From positions 15,438,001 through 15,502,000 of the forward strand of contig OZ024759.1 of NCBI GenBank assembly GCA_964016885.1: a stretch of DNA of 64,000 bases, written 5' to 3'. Made by a program: the position numbers and the translations under genes. The first letter of the stretch is position 1. Every line of letters begins with the position of its first letter. Origin of the DNA: Eledone cirrhosa (taxonomy: Eukaryota). The notes under the pieces were generated by a model, which was given only the letters and a program-made list of their open reading frames with translations, was not told the DNA's origin and did not search any database. Below are positions 60,005 to 64,000 of this stretch, piece after piece.

Positions 60005-60199
60005 GTGTGTGTGTGTATATATATGTATGTATATATGTGTGTGTGTATATATATATATGTATATGTGTGTGTGTATATATATATATATGTATATGTGTGT
60101 GTGTATATATATATATGTATATATATATATATGTATATATATGTGTGTATATATATATATGTATATATATATGTATATATATATATGTATATATATATA

Positions 60200-60303
<104 letters not shown>

Positions 60304-60494
60304 AATATGTATATATGCATTTATATAAGTATAAATATATATATATACATATGTGTGTATATATATATACATATATAGAGATACACATATATGTATATAT
60401 ATATATAGATACATATATATACACATATATATATATATATATATACATATATATTAACATATGTGTGTATATATATATAGATATGTATATATGT

Positions 60495-60539
<45 letters not shown>

Positions 60540-61571
60540 TATATATATAGATATATAGATATATGTTTATATATATATATATATATATATGTTTATATAT
60601 ATATATATATATGTTTATATAGATATATAGATATATGTTTATATATATAGATATATATATGTTTATATATATATATATAGATATATAGATATATGTATAT
60701 ATAGATATATATATATGTATATATATATATATACGTTTATATATATAGATATATATATAGATATATATATGTGTATATATATAGATATATATATATAGAT
60801 ATATATATATGTTTATATATATATAGATATATATATATATCGTTTCTGAATTTGTTTAGCAAGATTCTTTATCTGAAATCGTGTGTTGAAACCCTTCCAA
60901 AGTATAACAATATATATATATATATATATATATATGTGTATATATGTATATATATATATGTATAGATATATATATATAGATATATTCATTAGTTTAAGCA
61001 AAACAAGACCACAAACTTCACACGGAAGACATTATTAAAATATTGTCAACGTATTATGTAACGAATGTAGAGAATAATAATAATAATAATGTCTGTTTAC
61101 AATTGTTTCGCTACTCCATATAATATTTCTGGATCAGATGACTATATATCATAATTGATCTGGTTGAGGTGAAAATAATTAACATATTTAAAAACAGAGT
61201 GGCTCATCGGAACTTCAAAGGAATATAAATTAAAATAATGGGATAACGTTACATATATTGGTTTATACTATGGATTCTTGGTTGCATCAGCTGTCATCCA
61301 TAATCAAGCAGTATTCATCTGTCGAGGCTGCTTTGTGTGAGATCTGCCTATGGGTAACAAGATGGCTGCCAAAGGGCATATTTACCTTACTAATTGGGGG
61401 GTGGTTTCAGGGGAAGTAACTTCTCGAGAGATTAGAGATTGTGAGTATTTATAGTTAAGTGCTAGTTTTTAATTTTTTTAATTGGGAGAATGTAGGGGAG
61501 GTAACTTATAATTATCGAGTTGTTCATAGCAATTTAACTTATTAGCTACAAGTAGAAATGGGCCTACATGA

Positions 61572-61943
61572 CTAAGTTGGATCAAACATTCTATTGGCGA
61601 AGGAATTAGCGCTTCGATATTGTCAGCTAATGGTTACCTCCGTTCTATCGTTAATCGGTAGAGGTCGTGATAGAGTTATGTAATATGATTCCGTAACACA
61701 GATATCACAAGATTTTCTTCGTCCATTGAACGGTTGGGCCCTAGCCACGATATCCCATTTTAGTGAGTGTTGAACGTTGTTTAATTTAAGGTCTTTAATG
61801 AGCCTAGCTAGCGATGTCGAACAATCTGTTGCTAGGGTCTCGGAAGGAAAAAGAGTGCGCGTTATAGCGTACCTTAAAAGGGTTAGAGGTAGACCCGATA
61901 TAAGAGCTGGTATTCGAAGCAGTCTCAACCGTGCACCTATATA
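61572..61943 (-). pseudogene. Penelope-like element GIY-YIG endonuclease fragment (5'-truncated, one frameshift)
   Basis: [35 protein letters not shown], then +1 shift to [12 protein letters not shown]...[29 protein letters not shown]...[13 protein letters not shown]; YIG, catalytic R, KW, CxxC, E and N motifs. Confidence 0.85.
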
Positions 61944-62062
61944 TACATATATATATATATAGTATATATACATATATATAAATATACTATATATAGATAT
62001 AGATATATATATATACATATATATAAATATACTATATATAGATATATGTATATATATATAGA

Positions 62063-62106
<44 letters not shown>

Positions 62107-62434
62107 TATAAATATACTATATATAAATATACTATATATAGATATATGTATATATATATATACATATATATAAATATACTATATATAGATATATGTATAT
62201 ATATATATATACATATATATAAATATACTATATATAGATATATGTATATATATATACATATATATAATTATACTATATATAGATATATGTATATATATAT
62301 ATACATATATATAAATATACTATATATAGATATATGTTTATATATATATATATATATATATAAATATACTATATATAGATATATGTTTATATATATATAT
62401 ACATATATATAAATATACTATATATAGATATATG

Positions 62435-62465
<31 letters not shown>

Positions 62466-62516
62466 GCATATATATATATACATATAAAAAAACCACAGAC
62501 CCTCCATCTCAACTCA

Positions 62517-62554
62517 CCTTTTGAAAAGCAGAAGAACTGCGAAACCGGTAAAGG
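62517..62554 (+). ncRNA. Minimal type I hammerhead, compensatory U3-A8 variant
   Basis: CCUU-UUGAAAA-GCAG-AAGAA-CUGC-GAAAC-CG-GUA-AAGG; in a short island between (TA)n tracts. Confidence 0.7.
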
Positions 62555-62624
62555 AACCAAATAAATATATATATTTAAAAAAAAAATAAGACTTCAGTTG
62601 CATTTTCGATTTCATCTCTTTTTC

Positions 62625-62632
62625 TTTATATA

Positions 62633-62664
<32 letters not shown>

Positions 62665-62665
62665 C

Positions 62666-62700
<35 letters not shown>

Positions 62701-62844
62701 CATATATATATACATACACATATATATATACATATATATACATATATATATATATATATATCCATATACATATATATATACATATATATACATATATGTA
62801 TATATATATATATATACATATACATATACATATATATACATATA

Positions 62845-62876
<32 letters not shown>

Positions 62877-62993
62877 CATATACATATATATATACATATA
62901 TATATACATATATATATACATATATATATACATATATATATACATATATGTATATACATATATATATACATATATGTATATACATATATATAC

Positions 62994-63025
<32 letters not shown>

Positions 63026-63031
63026 CACATG

Positions 63032-63072
<41 letters not shown>

Positions 63073-63270
63073 GTATATACATATATATACACATGCATAT
63101 ATATACACATATGCATATATACATATACATATATATATATATACATATATACATATATACATACATACATATATATACATACATACATATATATATATAT
63201 ACATATATATATACATATAGATATATATGTGTGTGTATCTATGCATATATATATATGTGTGTGTCTATAC

Positions 63271-63311
<41 letters not shown>

Positions 63312-63507
63312 TATACATATATATGTGTGTGTCTGTCTATACATATATATGTGTGTCTGTCTATACATATATGTATGTCTGTGTGTGTCTGCCATTCCCA
63401 CTTATATATGTGTATATACATATATATATACATATATATATGCATATATATATACATATATATATACATATATATGTATATACATATATATATGTATATA
63501 TGGACAT

Positions 63508-63554
<47 letters not shown>

Positions 63555-63590
63555 TGCGTGTGCGTGTGTGTGTGTGTGCCTGTGTGTGCC
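62625..63590. repeat. (TA)n/(CA)n/(TG)n microsatellite
   Basis: Dinucleotide runs. Confidence 0.95.
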
Positions 63591-64000
63591 TGTGCACACC
63601 ATTCTTTGAACTCCCATCACTGTCTTTTCAGACGGCGAGAAAACAGGAAACAGGAAAGATGAAGAGATGACGACAAGATTTATTTTTTTACGCTGCACTG
63701 CTTAATAAAAATGTCTGTCTGTCTGTTGATGAAATACAACTATATTGATACTGGGTGTTGAACACCTTACAACATATCAACAAATAATTCTCTTTAATCT
63801 AACTTAACATAACTTGTGTGTATGGTCACTAAATTCGTTTATCACATTTACAATTTCCTATACTATGAGGAGGTTCGCCAGTCTCTTTGATCGACTGCGA
63901 TAAAAAAAAAAGATGAAATAACATAAAATAAATGAAATAAAATAAAATGAAATTATATCATATGTAGGGTGTAATGGTAACAACAACATAACAGAATATA

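Noticed and set aside
61260-61570. SECIS element downstream of the PLE ORF
   Set aside because: AUGA and UGA motifs are present but I could not form the helix and AA loop by eye

Overview
Repeat-dense eukaryotic non-coding DNA, most likely from an octopod cephalopod, judging by the Octopus-type tRNA-derived SINEs, RTE LINEs and very long (TA)n/(CA)n tracts. I see no host protein-coding exon; almost all ORFs in the track are microsatellite artefacts. Recognisable coding remnants are 3' ends of RTE, CR1-like and L1/Tx1-like LINEs, plus a Penelope-like element (PLE) GIY-YIG endonuclease fragment (61572-61943, -). The window also holds about 25 SINE copies, Tc1/mariner-pogo and hAT MITEs, a Helitron and several minisatellites. 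The main signal is a dense population of short elements, mostly embedded in (TA)n. They fall into at least 10 sequence families carrying minimal type I hammerhead ribozyme (HHR) motifs of the PLE pLTR type. Many are fold-back palindromes, several with the fold axis inside the HHR stem II, and many share a GAGTRCTC motif about 30-55 nt from their 3' ends. All folds and alignments were done by eye and coordinates are approximate to a few nt.
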